Source of the DNA: Macrostomum hystrix
Taxonomy: Eukaryota > Animalia > Platyhelminthes
Assembly: GCA_950097015.1 (NCBI GenBank)
Contig: CATNEN010000001.1
Location: forward strand, 17,608,001-17,672,000
Direction of reading: 5' to 3'
Length of the DNA stretch: 64,000 nucleotides
The translations under genes were made by a program, and so were the position numbers. Position 1 is the stretch's first letter. Each line of letters begins with the position of its first letter. This document shows, one piece after another, positions 11,394-23,282 of the stretch. Below the pieces are notes generated by a model that worked only from the letters and a program-made list of their open reading frames with translations, was not told the DNA's origin and did not search any database.

Positions 11394-12184
11394 ACAACAC
11401 TACGAAAAACTTACTACCTATTGCAAAGCTATGTATAGAAGCTCTAGGTGAGGATGAGGGTTGCTCAAACACATGCATCATGCAACCTAAAACTCCGGAC
11501 AAGGACAAGGTGGGGATTAGGGTTAGCCGGTGCTAAGACATGAAAGTGTAACTTTTGGTAGAATAATGGTGTGGCATAATAGAATTCCAAATGTGCAACA
11601 TACTATGAAAAACTTACTACCTATTGCAAAGCTATGTATAGAAGCTCTAGGTGAGGATGAGGGTTGCTCAAACACATGCATCATGCAACCTAAAACTCCG
11701 GACAAGGACAAGGTGGGGATTAGGGTTAGCCGGTGCTAAGACATGAAAGTGTAACTTTTGGTAGAATAATGGTGTGGCATAATAGAATTCCAAATGTGCA
11801 ACATACTATGAAAAACTTACTACCTATTGCAAAGCTATGTATAGAAGCTCTAGGTGAGGATGAGGGTTGCTCAAACACATGCATCATGCAACCTAAAACT
11901 CCGGACAAGGACAAGGTGGGGATTAGGGTTAGCCGGTGCTAAGACATGAAAGTGTAACTTTTGGTAGAATAATGGTGTGGCATAATAGAATTCCAAATGT
12001 GCAACATACTATAAAAAACTTACTACCTATTGCAAAGCTATGTATAGAAGCTCTAGGTGAGGATAAGGGTTGCTCAAACATATGCCACATGCAACCTAAA
12101 ACTGCCTGCTGAGGGCTGATTAGCACCATTATACAATTCAGCCATTCAATGGACAGGTTGGGGATTAGGGTTAGCCGGTGCTAA
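11394..12184. repeat. Tandem repeat, 203-bp unit x~3.5 plus a partial copy; each unit has a TTAGGGTTAG motif
   Basis: Identical ORF-track translations offset by exactly 203 bp; ggggattagggttagccggtgcta recurs at ~11512, 11715, 11918 and 12160. Confidence 0.95.
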
Positions 12185-12451
12185 TAAATGAGAGTGTAAC
12201 CTCTGGTAAAAATGAAGGTGCACGGGATAATTTATAAATGTTAACACTGTTCCCTTTAGTACCAATTGATCTAAAATTTAGCTAAACTTTATTAAAATTT
12301 ATCTAAAAGGAAACCGCGAGATTTTTCAAATCTCACTATCAAATGATCTCACATTTTTGCATAATACGCTCTAATCATTTTCGAAACGTAAAAAACTTAC
12401 GGATTTTCAGATAAGAATTTATAGAGGTAAGACAAAAAGTGCGCATTCGAA

Positions 12452-12547
12452 ACAGCGCAAGTAACGAATAAAAAGACTGAAATTAGAAAGTTTGGTATTC
12501 TTTAAAACATTCCTGTCAAAACGCTAATTAAAAACTCTAACTAGTTC
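12452..12547. repeat. 96-bp direct repeat (second copy 13707-13802) flanking the LTR-like insert
   Basis: acagcgcaagtaacgaataaaaagactg...ctctaactagttc is identical at both positions (offset 1255). Confidence 0.95.
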
Positions 12548-13706
12548 TGTAGTGTCGGCATGTTTTTATAATGCGTATATTTCTACTTGTAGTAACTTAT
12601 TCGCGCACGTCAATATTATGAATTATTTTAATGTATCTTATAGGTTAGTTGTTTGTACATGCGCACCCCAGCCAGGCCTAACACGCGACCGGCCGGTCAC
12701 CCCTGCTCTACAGCCAAGGCATCAGACTAGCCCTGGTCTGGTGGGCCCAACCAATGGGAGGACGGCTAGCCGATTGAAGTGAACCGACTTAAGTGCGACA
12801 CCCCGAGCCGGGCCAATCAGCAGCCGGTTCGTTAACCGGCAGGGTCGACCTGGCAGAAGAACAAGCGGCGCGGCCGGCACCCAGGCTTTGATGAGGGCTG
12901 GGGCGGGCGCTTGACTATAAAACTGACTATTGCGCTGAAATATTGTTCTCATGTGATTCTGGTCTCGCGTTTGACCTTGCTCTTGCTCTTGATCTTGATA
13001 TTGTTCTCATTCGTGTTACGCATCCTAGTAAATAGATACCGGGACAGGTAAACCGGTCCAACTAGTTACTCAAAGAAAACCCTCACACTCAACCCCACGT
13101 CAGTAAGTAGCTTGCGCTGAGCTCGGTACGTCTGGCCAACTGCTGACGGAGTGTTAGATAGGGATTGGCAAGCACGGAAGCACTCTCCATATCGCCGACA
13201 ATCATCGGTGGGACGCCGTCGAACAGACATTAGGTGTGGCACGATAGAACTATCGTTGTGCCATAGTGCAGAAGTACTTGCTGGTCGCCTCGGTTTTATG
13301 TTAGGGATTCTGGTTAGGTTTCGCGTTATTTGTCTTGTTTGTCATAGGGACTATCTGTTTGTCTAGGATTTATTTGTGTTATTTATCGTGTCGTATTATC
13401 GAGTAGAGTTCGTGTTTTGTGTTGCGGTTATCGAGATTTTGTTAGTGCGAATTGTGAATTGGATTGAATTAAGTACAGTACCTGGCAGGGGACGAAAAGA
13501 GCGCTGCCAGGGGAATTGATCAGTGATCATAGCTTTCTCTTATTTACTAATTAACACTTAAATATCAGCTGTTTAGCTGGGAATTTGAATCGTCTTGTCT
13601 TCGTTATTTTCGAGTTGCGAAAAGAGAATCTCTCACAAAGAGAAGGACACCCGACCTCATTTAGGAATCTCAACGTAAAGAGAGACCTAAGTCAAAATAT
13701 CACACA
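12548..13706 (+). mobile_element. Solo LTR-like insertion (1159 bp)
   Basis: Starts TGTAGTG and ends CACACA; CCAAT boxes and CTATAAAA at ~12915; non-coding; bounded by the direct repeat. Confidence 0.6.
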
Positions 13707-14159
13707 ACAGCGCAAGTAACGAATAAAAAGACTGAAATTAGAAAGTTTGGTATTCTTTAAAACATTCCTGTCAAAACGCTAATTAAAAACTCTAACTAGT
13801 TCTACATTATTTATATTTTAAATCATGCCTACATGCACGTGCATTTTTATTCGTGAAATCGAAGAAGCAACCGCTTATTACTTTTAAATACTTTTTAAAC
13901 AAGCACAAAGGTCTGGCTTAGGTCTGACTTAGAGTAAAAATCACATTAAAATTTTCGCTTATAAGTTTGTATCAGCAATTTATTATCTATTTGGCCCCTT
14001 TGTGCTCTTTTCATTAGGTCAAAATTTACTATACTTGATTTAGGAGATTTTTTGACCATGCTTATTTTGTTCCAATTTAATCTGTGAGTTAAATGTGAGT
14101 TAAAGGTCCAGCTGGGTTAGGGTTGTAGCTTTAGCTTTGCTTTCCACTGCACAAATTGC

Positions 14160-14672
14160 AAAGCTACAGCTTTTTTGCAGCTTAATATTTTTTAGTACAA
14201 AGTAATAAGCTTTTTATCCAAATATACATTTTTATTAAAGTGCAAAATAGCTGTAGCTTGGCACTTTGAACTTTTCAATGTAGCTACTGTCTTCTTATGT
14301 GACAATAATTTATAAATTAAAAATATAACTACTGAAAAAGTTACTGAAAAGCTACAGCTTTTCGCAGCTTAATATTTTTAGTAAAAAATTGTATAATTTT
14401 TTTCAATATTTATTTTTAATAATGTGTAAAAAGCTGTAGCTTGGCACTTTGGACTTTTTCAATGTAGCAACTGCCTTCTTATGTGACAATAGTTTTTAAA
14501 TTATAAATATAATTAGTGAAAAGCTACTGAAAGCTACAGCGTTTCGCAGCTTAATATTTTTTAGTAAAAATGATATAATATTTTATATACATTTTTAATA
14601 ATGTGTAAAAAAGCTGTAGCTTGGCACTTTGCACTTTTTCAATGTAGCAACTGCCTTCTCAAGTGACAATAA
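14160..14672. repeat. Tandem repeat, ~185-bp unit x3, with an internal inverted repeat
   Basis: Units at ~14160, 14349 and 14531, each with aagctacagc ... gctgtagctt followed by ggcactttg...caatgtagc...gtgacaata. Confidence 0.9.
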
Positions 14673-14954
14673 TTTAAAAATTACAATTTTTTTTGTTTAT
14701 TTTTTTCAACATATTATTATTTTTTGTTTGAGGTATAACTATGTATAATAAATAAATTTAATTTATATGATTATAAATAAGAATATTAATTCTGAAAATA
14801 AAAAATAAATATATTAACTGGTTAAAAGTTTATAGCTTCTTCTAGATTTTTTTAACATATATTTTAGCCTGGTGATAAGATTCATTAGGTATAAATTGGA
14901 TATACAAAGAATGAGTATTTAGATAACTAGAATTTCATTATTCTTTTTCAGATT

Positions 14955-15240
14955 ATGGCTGAATTCCTAAGCTACCCGATCTGTGCCATAGAAAAAATCT
15001 GCATGTAGCAAGGTCTGATAACCTGCGCAAACATCTAATTAGTGTTCATAAATTGAACACAGACTCTACGGAGTTGGCAATCAAAATAGCTAAGCTTAAA
15101 AAATATAAAGCAACTGAACTTTTCATGTGACCCACATGCGTCCATGTAGGCACTAGGGACTCATTGCGCATGCATAAGAAGTCAAAGCATAATGAAGCGA
15201 TGCCAACGACGCTGGACGAAGCACAAAACAATGCAAAGAA
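14955..15240 (+). pseudogene. Degenerate C2H2-pair protein related to the cassette zinc-finger genes
   Basis: MAEFLSYPICA-(frameshift)-HVARSDNLRKHLISVH...M*PTCVHVGTRDSLRMHKKSKH; compare ARPDRLALHIETHH...CQLC...LRQHYKLIH in 2710-3113. Confidence 0.55.
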
Positions 15241-15947
15241 TTACCTCTCGAATTACCTCTCTATGTGCACCGAATTTTTGGCTTTTTGGCTTTATTTTGA
15301 CACTTTAGAATCAAAATAAATTAATATTGTAATTGGTTTTCTGTAAGCATTCAGTAACATTTTCTAGACTGTAAAAGTGGTTAGGGTATTCTAGACTATA
15401 AAAGTGTCATCCAAAATCTAAACTTTTCCTCAATCTGGCTGAAATGCTTTCCCAGTGGCAATCGAATGATGATGTGCCTCACGAGCCTCTGGTGCATCAG
15501 CGTGACTCGGCGCTGAGGCACCTCAGCGGCCACCGCATTCGGCCTCGGCCTCATCAACCAGTGCCACATCGGTGCCGAAGAATCGTCCAACCGGCCGTGG
15601 ACCTTCTCATGAAGCGGTGAGTGTCACAATATTAACGTCATTCCTAAAGAATTTATCAGACAGTAAATTCAATGTTTTTTTGTGTCAGAAACTCAAACAT
15701 TATTTCGCGTAGTAAGTTTTTCAGGAAGGGCACACTTCTTTTAGTAACCACGTTCAGATCAATACTTGTAACCGCACTTTAAACTTGCCACACTTCAAAA
15801 GTTTTTAATAAAAAGTATTCAGAACGCGATCATTAGGATTTTCAAGGGCAAGAACTTGTAACTTGATCTTCATCTTAAAATTGGTTTCTTATATAAAGCT
15901 TTTCCGTATTAGTTGGTGCATTTAATGTTCAATTTTGTTTCATTTAG

Positions 15948-16244
15948 GATGTCAAGACCCTTGCGTGCAGAACGCACTATAGTTTACTGAACTCTGCGCA
16001 AAGTGATCTGGCGCGCAGGGTTCAGTACGCTGCAAGGGAATTCATTAATTGGACGGAAGAGGAGAAGGGCCGATATTTACGAGCATTTAAAAAATTCGGC
16101 AAGGAATTTTCCAAAATCGCCGCCGCCATCCCTAGCAAGACGGTGGCGGAATGCGTCTTATTTTACTATAGCTCAAAGTATGAGCCACACTTTAAGGATA
16201 TGTACGCCGCCAAGAAGCGAGCAGCCAGGCGAAAGCGGCATTAA
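15948..16244 (+). CDS. Terminal exon encoding a SANT/Myb-like domain (NCoR/SMRT SANT1-like); absent from the ORF track because it has no start codon
   Basis: After acceptor ttttgtttcatttag, an open frame reads DVKTLACR...NWTEEEKGRYLRAFKKFGKEFSKIAAAIPSKTVAECVLFYYSSKYEPHFKDMY...KRH*. Confidence 0.75.
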   Translation, partial: DVKTLACRTHYSLLNSAQSDLARRVQYAAREFINWTEEEKGRYLRAFKKFGKEFSKIAAAIPSKTVAECVLFYYSSKYEPHFKDMYAAKKRAARRKRH

Positions 16245-17525
16245 TGACATTTAAATTATAATATTCCATATAACACATAAATGACCCTAAAAAGTAAAAA
16301 GGGAAACCTAATCGTTTTTCGCTTTTTTGATCTTATTTGAAAAACTTTTCTTTCTTTTTATTCTATTCTTTCTGATTGTATCTGATTTGTGAGTTTGAGA
16401 AACAAATAAACTGTTTAAAAGTATTATTTTTTAGTTTGACAAACAAATAAACCGTTTAAAAATATTTTAACGATGCGTAATTTTCTCAATTTCCTCTATT
16501 TTAAATATATTTAAATATTTAACTAGGATCGAGAAAGGCAGATGCGGGCATTGGAAGCAGAAAATGCCTGGCTTAAAGAAATGCTGCGAATTCAGCACGT
16601 TCTTATTATAAGTCAGCGCAGGACCATAGAATCGGTTCAAGGGTCTCCAAACCCAAAAATTCCTAGTGTAAGACGTAATATTTTAGTTACTAATTCTTAA
16701 TTCCATATTTTAACTAAGCATTCATAGTCTTTCTGCGAAAGCTTTGAATAAAAAAAGTAGTCAATTTACAAACTTATAAAAAGTTTATAAGCACAATCAA
16801 GTCGTTTGGTGTTGGGTGTCCATTAATCTTTTTATTATCCAACACGCTTTTTCAACACGTAAGTTTTCCAAGCTTTTAAGGGCAAATGAATCAAAATTAT
16901 ATGATAACTTTAGCTAAATATATTTATATAACCTCAAATATAACCTGTCCAGCCAGCTGAAGGTGCCGGTGCCGGTGCTGCCGGTGCCACTGTAAGTATT
17001 TTGTATCTGCTAGTATTCACGTTTACTTACTTGTAGCAGATCTATATAAGCGGTATTCAGCACGCTATGCAGAAAGATAGCATAGAAACCCTGGCGCAAA
17101 TTTTACGAGCTCGTAGTATAGTATAGCATAGCATAGCATGATACCTTGCCCCAGATTCTACACAGGCCTACGATATCGTATAGATGTAAATTAGCAAGAT
17201 GTACATTAATGTTCATTCGATCTAAATCCTACTCAATATAGACACCGGACGTGCGTCGGTCCGTAATTAATGGATCCTTGCCTGGAGCGCCATTAATCGA
17301 TGTATGCAATAAATATTTATTGTCTGGTTTAATTGTTATCTTTCGTCTTTTATCTACTACTTTTAAAGTACTTTTACTTATACCCGTATTTTTTTCTTTT
17401 ATACCTTTTGTATTTTGAGTCCTAAATGGTAAGTCCATAAGCTCTTAAGCTCGTATTTGAGGTTATACTTTAAGCCTCTACATGCTCATACAAGCCTCAT
17501 GCATACTTTAATTGAAAAAATATAG

Positions 17526-18053
17526 GTAGACATCGATGCCTCATTAGGCAGTGGCGACGAAGAAGGCCCTGCCGACGTGACTATTCGCGGCCCTACGCGG
17601 GGACAAAGTTTAAAGGGTGCGCGAAAGGCAGCAGGCCAAGCGGAGGTTCTCCGGCGGCTGCTTAGCAATGATGATTCCGCCGTAATTGTTGGTGCTACCC
17701 GTAGCAAAGGCCACGGAGCTTTTGCGGCGTGTGCCCTCGCTAGAGGAGCTTACGTGTGTGAGTACGCGGGCAAGCTCCTCAGCAAGGCTGAATCGGACGC
17801 TCGCTACGTTGAGCTCGCCGAGGCCGACAAGGACAAATTTTTTTTATTCAATTTCGAGCACAACGGTCGCGAATATGCAATCGACGCTACGGACACCGAT
17901 CGCGTCGGACGGTTCCTCAACCATTCCCGGACAAATAAAAACTGCCGGGTTGTCACCACCGGTGTCCAGTGTCCGGGAGGTGGGATTCGACCGGCACTGT
18001 ACCTCCAAACTATAAGATATGTTCCTAAGGGACGCGAACTTTTATTTGACTAA
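17526..18053 (+). pseudogene. PR-Set7-like SET domain exon with the conserved Tyr of FDY replaced by TAA
   Basis: In-frame acceptor at 17525; SKGHGAFA, YVCEYAG, YAIDAT, VGRFLNHS, RELLFD*. Confidence 0.8.
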
Positions 18054-19299
18054 AGTCAAACTGTTACTCTGAGAATATATCAAAGGAACTTATAAAAGTA
18101 TTTTAGTAGAGATATAAGGGGCTATTCGCCTCTCAGGGCACTTCGCCCCTCATAACTATAAGCCATCTTGAGTAAAATATCGTCGCTTAGTAGAGTGACA
18201 AGCGCATTAAAATGACTAAGCGGACTCTTGCGATAAAGCAAAAATATGATATAAATTTCCCGGTATTTTAATATTTTTTCTGCAACCTGAAAAGAGAATA
18301 ATGCTCCAGACATCTACTCTAGATAATCAGTACACTTTCTTAGAAGGTCGATATACTGATATGACGTTTCTTCACTTTAGCTTCTGGCCATCCTAGGTTT
18401 TAGTATTCGGACTTTCTGTTGTGTAAATATCCTAAAATCGTGTATTGACCTCCTAAAGCGCACAATATCCTAAGTAGTTGTCAAACTGTTTTCATGCGGT
18501 CAAGAGAATCTCGACTTGGCTGTTATGTGCTCTTTGATGTTTGCCAATACAGTGAGTAGTAAGTTTTTCAACTCAGAGGTTAGGTACTATTGGGGCATTC
18601 AAGTGCATGCGCTTGTTCTTAATCATAGAAATCCATATCATACACTTTATTATGAGTAGCGCAATGAACGTTTGAGAGTCCTGAAGGTAACTCTCGCCCT
18701 CGTCAGGAGCACCGCCGCATGCCTATGTCAGAGTAGTAAGTTTTTCAGGGGACATGCAATATCTGCCATGTCATGACTATACTGTCTTTATTGCCTCTTA
18801 TATTAATTGCCTCTCGTCAGGAGCGACCTACAAGCGGAAGGACAACCGGCCGTCTACAGATCGCCGTGAAACAACAAGCGCCGGTACGTCAGCAGCTCCA
18901 AGCGCGACGACGGCTGAACCTCCGATGCCACCACCACGGCAGTCTAGATCCTCGATGGAGCCGCCGGTAATCAGGGCGAGCCGGAGGTCGAAAAGCAGCC
19001 ACGCTTGTTACATGAGCGACGCCAGTCTGCCGGCAGAAGAGTTCTACCCGGCTGACGACATGCGTTCGCCTACAAATGATTGAGTAGAGGTGTTCATCAA
19101 AGCTATTGAGGAGCTAGATCGAGCACTTACCAATGACACTCCAACATCAACAACACCGGCTGCCGTCCAAACAGCCGTAGAAGAGCCAGCGGCCTCCTCA
19201 GCGGTGAGCCAGACCGAACGAGCAAACGAGGCAGCGATGATGATGACAGCGCCGGCCAACGACGAGAACCAGCAGTGCCGAGTTGATGTCAACCTGCCG

Positions 19300-19800
19300 A
19301 ACTTCTGGAACCTAGAAGGAAAAACAATAACAGTTTAAGGAGGTTCAAAAATCACCTACGCCCGAAAGAACTTCTGGAAGCGGCCGATTCCATCTATAAT
19401 GTACTAATGACAGACATCAAGCCGAAGGCCTTTCAACATCGGCAGTCAGAACAACGCCTCGTACATAGGACAGGCCCAGAGTACACGTACAGCGGTGTCG
19501 CACTACAGGAAAATAAACAATGGCATCCAGTCCTGGAGCTAATACGGGATCACCTCACGTATGTCTCAGGACTGGATCTGCCAGAGTTTAACAGCTGCCT
19601 AATAAATTTCTACGAAAAGGCCAGCGACCACATACCGACCACATGACAATGAGCCCGAACTAGGAACTGACCCGACCATCGCCACGATATCGTTTGGCGC
19701 GGTTCGGAAATTCCCATTACGAGACAAAATTAACCATATGGTGGTGGCTGCATTTGGCACGACTCCAGGCTCTGTCATCATAATGGAGGGTGCTTGTAAA
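19300..19800 (+). pseudogene. ALKBH2/ALKBH3-like 2OG-Fe(II) AlkB dioxygenase, frameshifted and 3'-truncated
   Basis: YTYSG, WHPVLELIR, FNSCLINFY..ASDHI-(frameshift)-HDNEPELG.DPTIATISFGAVRKF...GSVIIMEGAC; cut off before the distal His and RxxxxxR motif. Confidence 0.8.
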
Positions 19801-19809
19801 GGTGCTTGT

Positions 19810-20673
19810 AAAGGTAAAAGAAAAGAATGCATACCCATCTGAATCAGGCTTTGACCCTTCGCAAAAAGGGAAGAACCCCTGGGAAAGGAGTGCACCAATA
19901 AGATCACAGGAGTCGCAGGTAATAAAAAAGACCTTTACGCTTCCAGCCAGATCTATAAGGTCAACTTTTGTAGCCGCACAGACATTTAGATTCAATTTAT
20001 TAGAAGCGCAGCAAAACATTTCAAAAGCATCGTGAGTAGCATCCAGTTCCTGAAACATTAGACTCTCTTTATTCCATATGAGAAACTTGTGGGCTGAAAA
20101 CTTTTTATGCGTCTCATTCTTACAGCTGGCACATAAGCTAAGTCGACAAGTAACACATCGATATACACCTTCGTGCTCATAGCAAGAGGAACACAGATTT
20201 AAGAGAAAATGCTTCTCGTAACTACCTCTGTATTTCTCAGCAAAGCTGTCAAAATCTACCTATTCAACATCTTCTACTGTAGGAGCAAAAGACTCAGGCA
20301 TACCGACATCATTCTCGGTGCTAGCTTCCACTGGAACAGGAGTAGTTTCGGACACAGGATGCCGAGATGTTGAGCCTCGATTTCGGCCGCTAATTATTGT
20401 CTTAATCTTTCTGGGTCGCCCACGACCGCAAGTTTGCAGTGAAGCTTTGACAACACGCTTCAGTTCGATGCCGCGATACATTGTCTGAAAATGAGAAAGT
20501 AATTTATAAGCATTGCTCCACAGTATTTAATATTGTAGACAGACAACTGTTTTCTATTTAATACTATAAAGTTTTATATATTCTACAATGAAATCATAGC
20601 ACTTCTATTTTACATATATTCCCACACGTATTGTGGTCATGAAACTACAGTCTGTGGAGATTGCAGACCTGCA
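19810..20673 (-). pseudogene. Second, partial copy of the KDZ gene 5' region
   Basis: Near-identical to 5684-6547 (offset 14126); TGG>TAG stop at 20260. Confidence 0.95.
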
Positions 20674-21175
20674 GAATCAGCAACAATCGCGAAAACCAAC
20701 AGTTTAGATTTATGGCATCAGCGATATGGTCACCTAGGAGAGCGAGATCTAAAATCTTTAATTCATAAAAAGCAAGTTGACGGCATTGACGCAAAAGTTG
20801 GAAGCATCAGTTTCTGCACGGCATGTGTAGAAGGAAAACTACATAGAACGCCATATACCAAGGGTGTAGCGTCAAGGTCACGCGAACTATTGGGTCTAAT
20901 TCACAGTGACCCAAGTGTGTGGTCCCATGCAAACTACATCCATTGGAGGATCGAAGTACTTTGTCCCATTTATTGATGATTACTCGCGCTATTGCTCAGT
21001 TTACTTTATGAAAAACTAGTCAGAAGTTTTTGAAAAATTCAAGAATTTTCAGGCTCTCGTTACGAATCAAACAGGCAAGTCTATCAAGATTCTACGGGCA
21101 GACAATGGTGGAGAGTATAAATCAAGAGAATTTGAAAAGTTCTGTGTCAAAAACGGAATCATTCACCAAACTACA
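20674..21175 (+). mobile_element. Ty1/Copia pol fragment (GAG-pre-integrase + integrase core), disrupted
   Basis: LWHQRYGHLG...CTACVEGK...LIHSD-(frameshift)-[31 protein letters not shown]...ILRADNGGEY. Confidence 0.9.
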
Positions 21176-21369
21176 CTTTTCTCCGTTATGTTGGTTGAGA
21201 CTTGACGTGGGGGAATCCGAAGAAGCTGCTGACCGCCGAGAAGATCCGCCGGGATGACGCACGAGGCCGCCGACAAGGTTTATGTCGTGAACAAAAGAAA
21301 GAAGGCACCCACGGTTTACACTCAACCAAGGAGCCATTCCCCGACCCATTCCCGAGGCGCGATAACGAG

Positions 21370-22040
21370 GCATAGTGCTTCTACGCAACCATGGCCAAGT
21401 CACTGGACTTCCCTATGACGGGCGGCGTGTGACAGTGACAGTCTCGAACGGATGCTCTGTAGACTGCTTCCTGCAGGCACTTAGCTACGCCTACAGGAAC
21501 CGGCCTGCGCTTCGTGAGTCCATTTAAGGTGCCCCGAACTCTTGTCATTCTTTGCGGGACTTCATGGAACATATGGATGATGCAGCCACGGAGAAGGCAG
21601 CATGCGCTAGGGCTTATTTACTCCTACGCACACCAGCTCTCTGGGCTACTGGTAACTGCCTGCTGCCAGCACCGAAGGCCTCAGTGCGCGCCAATCTTAA
21701 TGCATCTGAGGTGGACATGGTTAGCTACATTCTGGGTCCTGCCATCGCTTTTGACCGACTGTCATTGTGCCAATTTGAGGGCTGCCCAGACGGTGTCCGT
21801 CGCATCGCTTCCCACGCTCTAAGAAGTCGCGCCGCTGCATTTCATGGAGCAGCTGCGCCACAGAATCCGCATGCCGAGGGCCTCTGTAGCGAATGTGGAG
21901 GAATGCGGGATATCAGCAGCGCTGAATTTACTATACAGCCACCCCCATTCCTGGCTCTGGGAATTCCCGATCACCTGCGCGTCGACACCATGGAACTGCC
22001 TGAGATAATCCGGCCATTCTCTGCAAGTGACACTGAGTAA
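21370..22040 (+). pseudogene. Cysteine-protease-like (USP/NOF-like Cys-box) domain with CxxC pairs, transposon-associated
   Basis: In frame upstream of ORF 21552: LLRNHG...VSNGCSVDCFLQALSYAY, one TAA, then CQFEGC and CSECGG. Confidence 0.4.
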
Positions 22041-22529
22041 GTGAAGCTGCAAGTCATATTTTAGCCTACGTTTGTAAGCTATATGACTACTCTAACATAC
22101 TCGTATTAGATTATTATACGAAATCTCATGTTTATGCTTCTCTCATTGTCATATATAGGCAGTTATTGGCCTTGGGCATCAAGGAGGCAGTGAGGCTTGG
22201 GTGACGAGAATAAGTGGTAAAGTACAAACGACGGAGTGGGCTGAGAGCCACATACACCAACATGGACACTATGCACCCACTAACGCACGCGTGCACGCAA
22301 TAATACACCGGATCACTAATCTATAAAAACATCCCTAGACTTTGCCTCTCGACTAACAAATACGTACTTAAAATATTGATTAAATTTACACCCCAAAAAT
22401 TTCATATTTATTCACTTCCGATCTCTACTCGTTCTCGTCACTTAAAATAAACCTGTAGATGCACACTGTTGTGCGAAACGCGTCGTTTAATTAAATTAAT
22501 GTTGATTTTCGCTATTCTTCTTATCCTAC

Positions 22530-23282
22530 TTGTCAAGCGAGCAACTGTACCAGAATTTTCGCCGTAAAGTCACTGAAATTGATATGAGCATATCTACAGC
22601 CCAGAAGACCACCATCGTTGAGCTTCTGCACCAGATGGTTTTCGCCAAGAATCCAGCTGAGTATGACAAGCAAGTCGACACACTTCGCCGACTAAATGTT
22701 CCGCACGTAATGGCCTATTTTTTACCAAATTGGAATTCTTGCAAGGAGCAGTGGGTGAATTGCTATCGGGATGCCTCCATAAACTTTGGAGCGTCTGGAA
22801 CACAGAGACTTGAGTCTCCACCAGAACGTGAAAGCAGTCGCTTGAAGAAACTTAGAAATTGCAAAGTTCATTTCCGACTTCTTCTATTGAAATCAATGAT
22901 GAAGGAGAGCAAGCATGCCGTTTTTAACAGCTTCAATCGCGGGGTCGCTAACCCAACAGAGGCTCTCTCTCCTTACACGACTATACTAACACCATACGCG
23001 TTCGCTTTTCTTCAGAAGCAGTTTGCGATTGCACCCTCTGTTCAGTTGCATAGCGGTGTTGCCACCTCTCAGGAAGGTTCGCTTCTGGTCACCGGGTCAT
23101 ATTGTGAATGCACAATGTTCGGTTGTCTACTTTTGCCCTGCCGGCACATCATTAAATTTCGTCAATGCAATGGCCTACTTTTATGCGATGACTCACTTTT
23201 TCACCGACGATGGACTCGAGCCTACTGGTTGGCTAACAACGGCCACAATCCAAACAAAATGCCGTCGCGAAGCATTAAGTGA
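22530..23282 (+). mobile_element. MULE/Mutator-type transposase C-terminal fragment with SWIM zinc finger
   Basis: YFLPNW..CKEQW, TQRLES, CECTMFGCLLLPCRHI, RRWT. Confidence 0.8.

Noticed and set aside
11523-12129. Repeated 62-69-aa ORFs
   Set aside because: By-products of the 203-bp tandem repeat.
4283-18053. Reassigned TAA codon (in-frame TAAs in KDZ and at the SET Tyr)
   Set aside because: TAA is also the true stop of the SET gene at 2101 and the KDZ end at 3908, and TAG/TGA stops and frameshifts occur too; decay is the simpler explanation.
19717-20058. 113-aa ORF as a novel fusion gene
   Set aside because: Chimera of the KDZ duplicate reading into antisense AlkB across a breakpoint.
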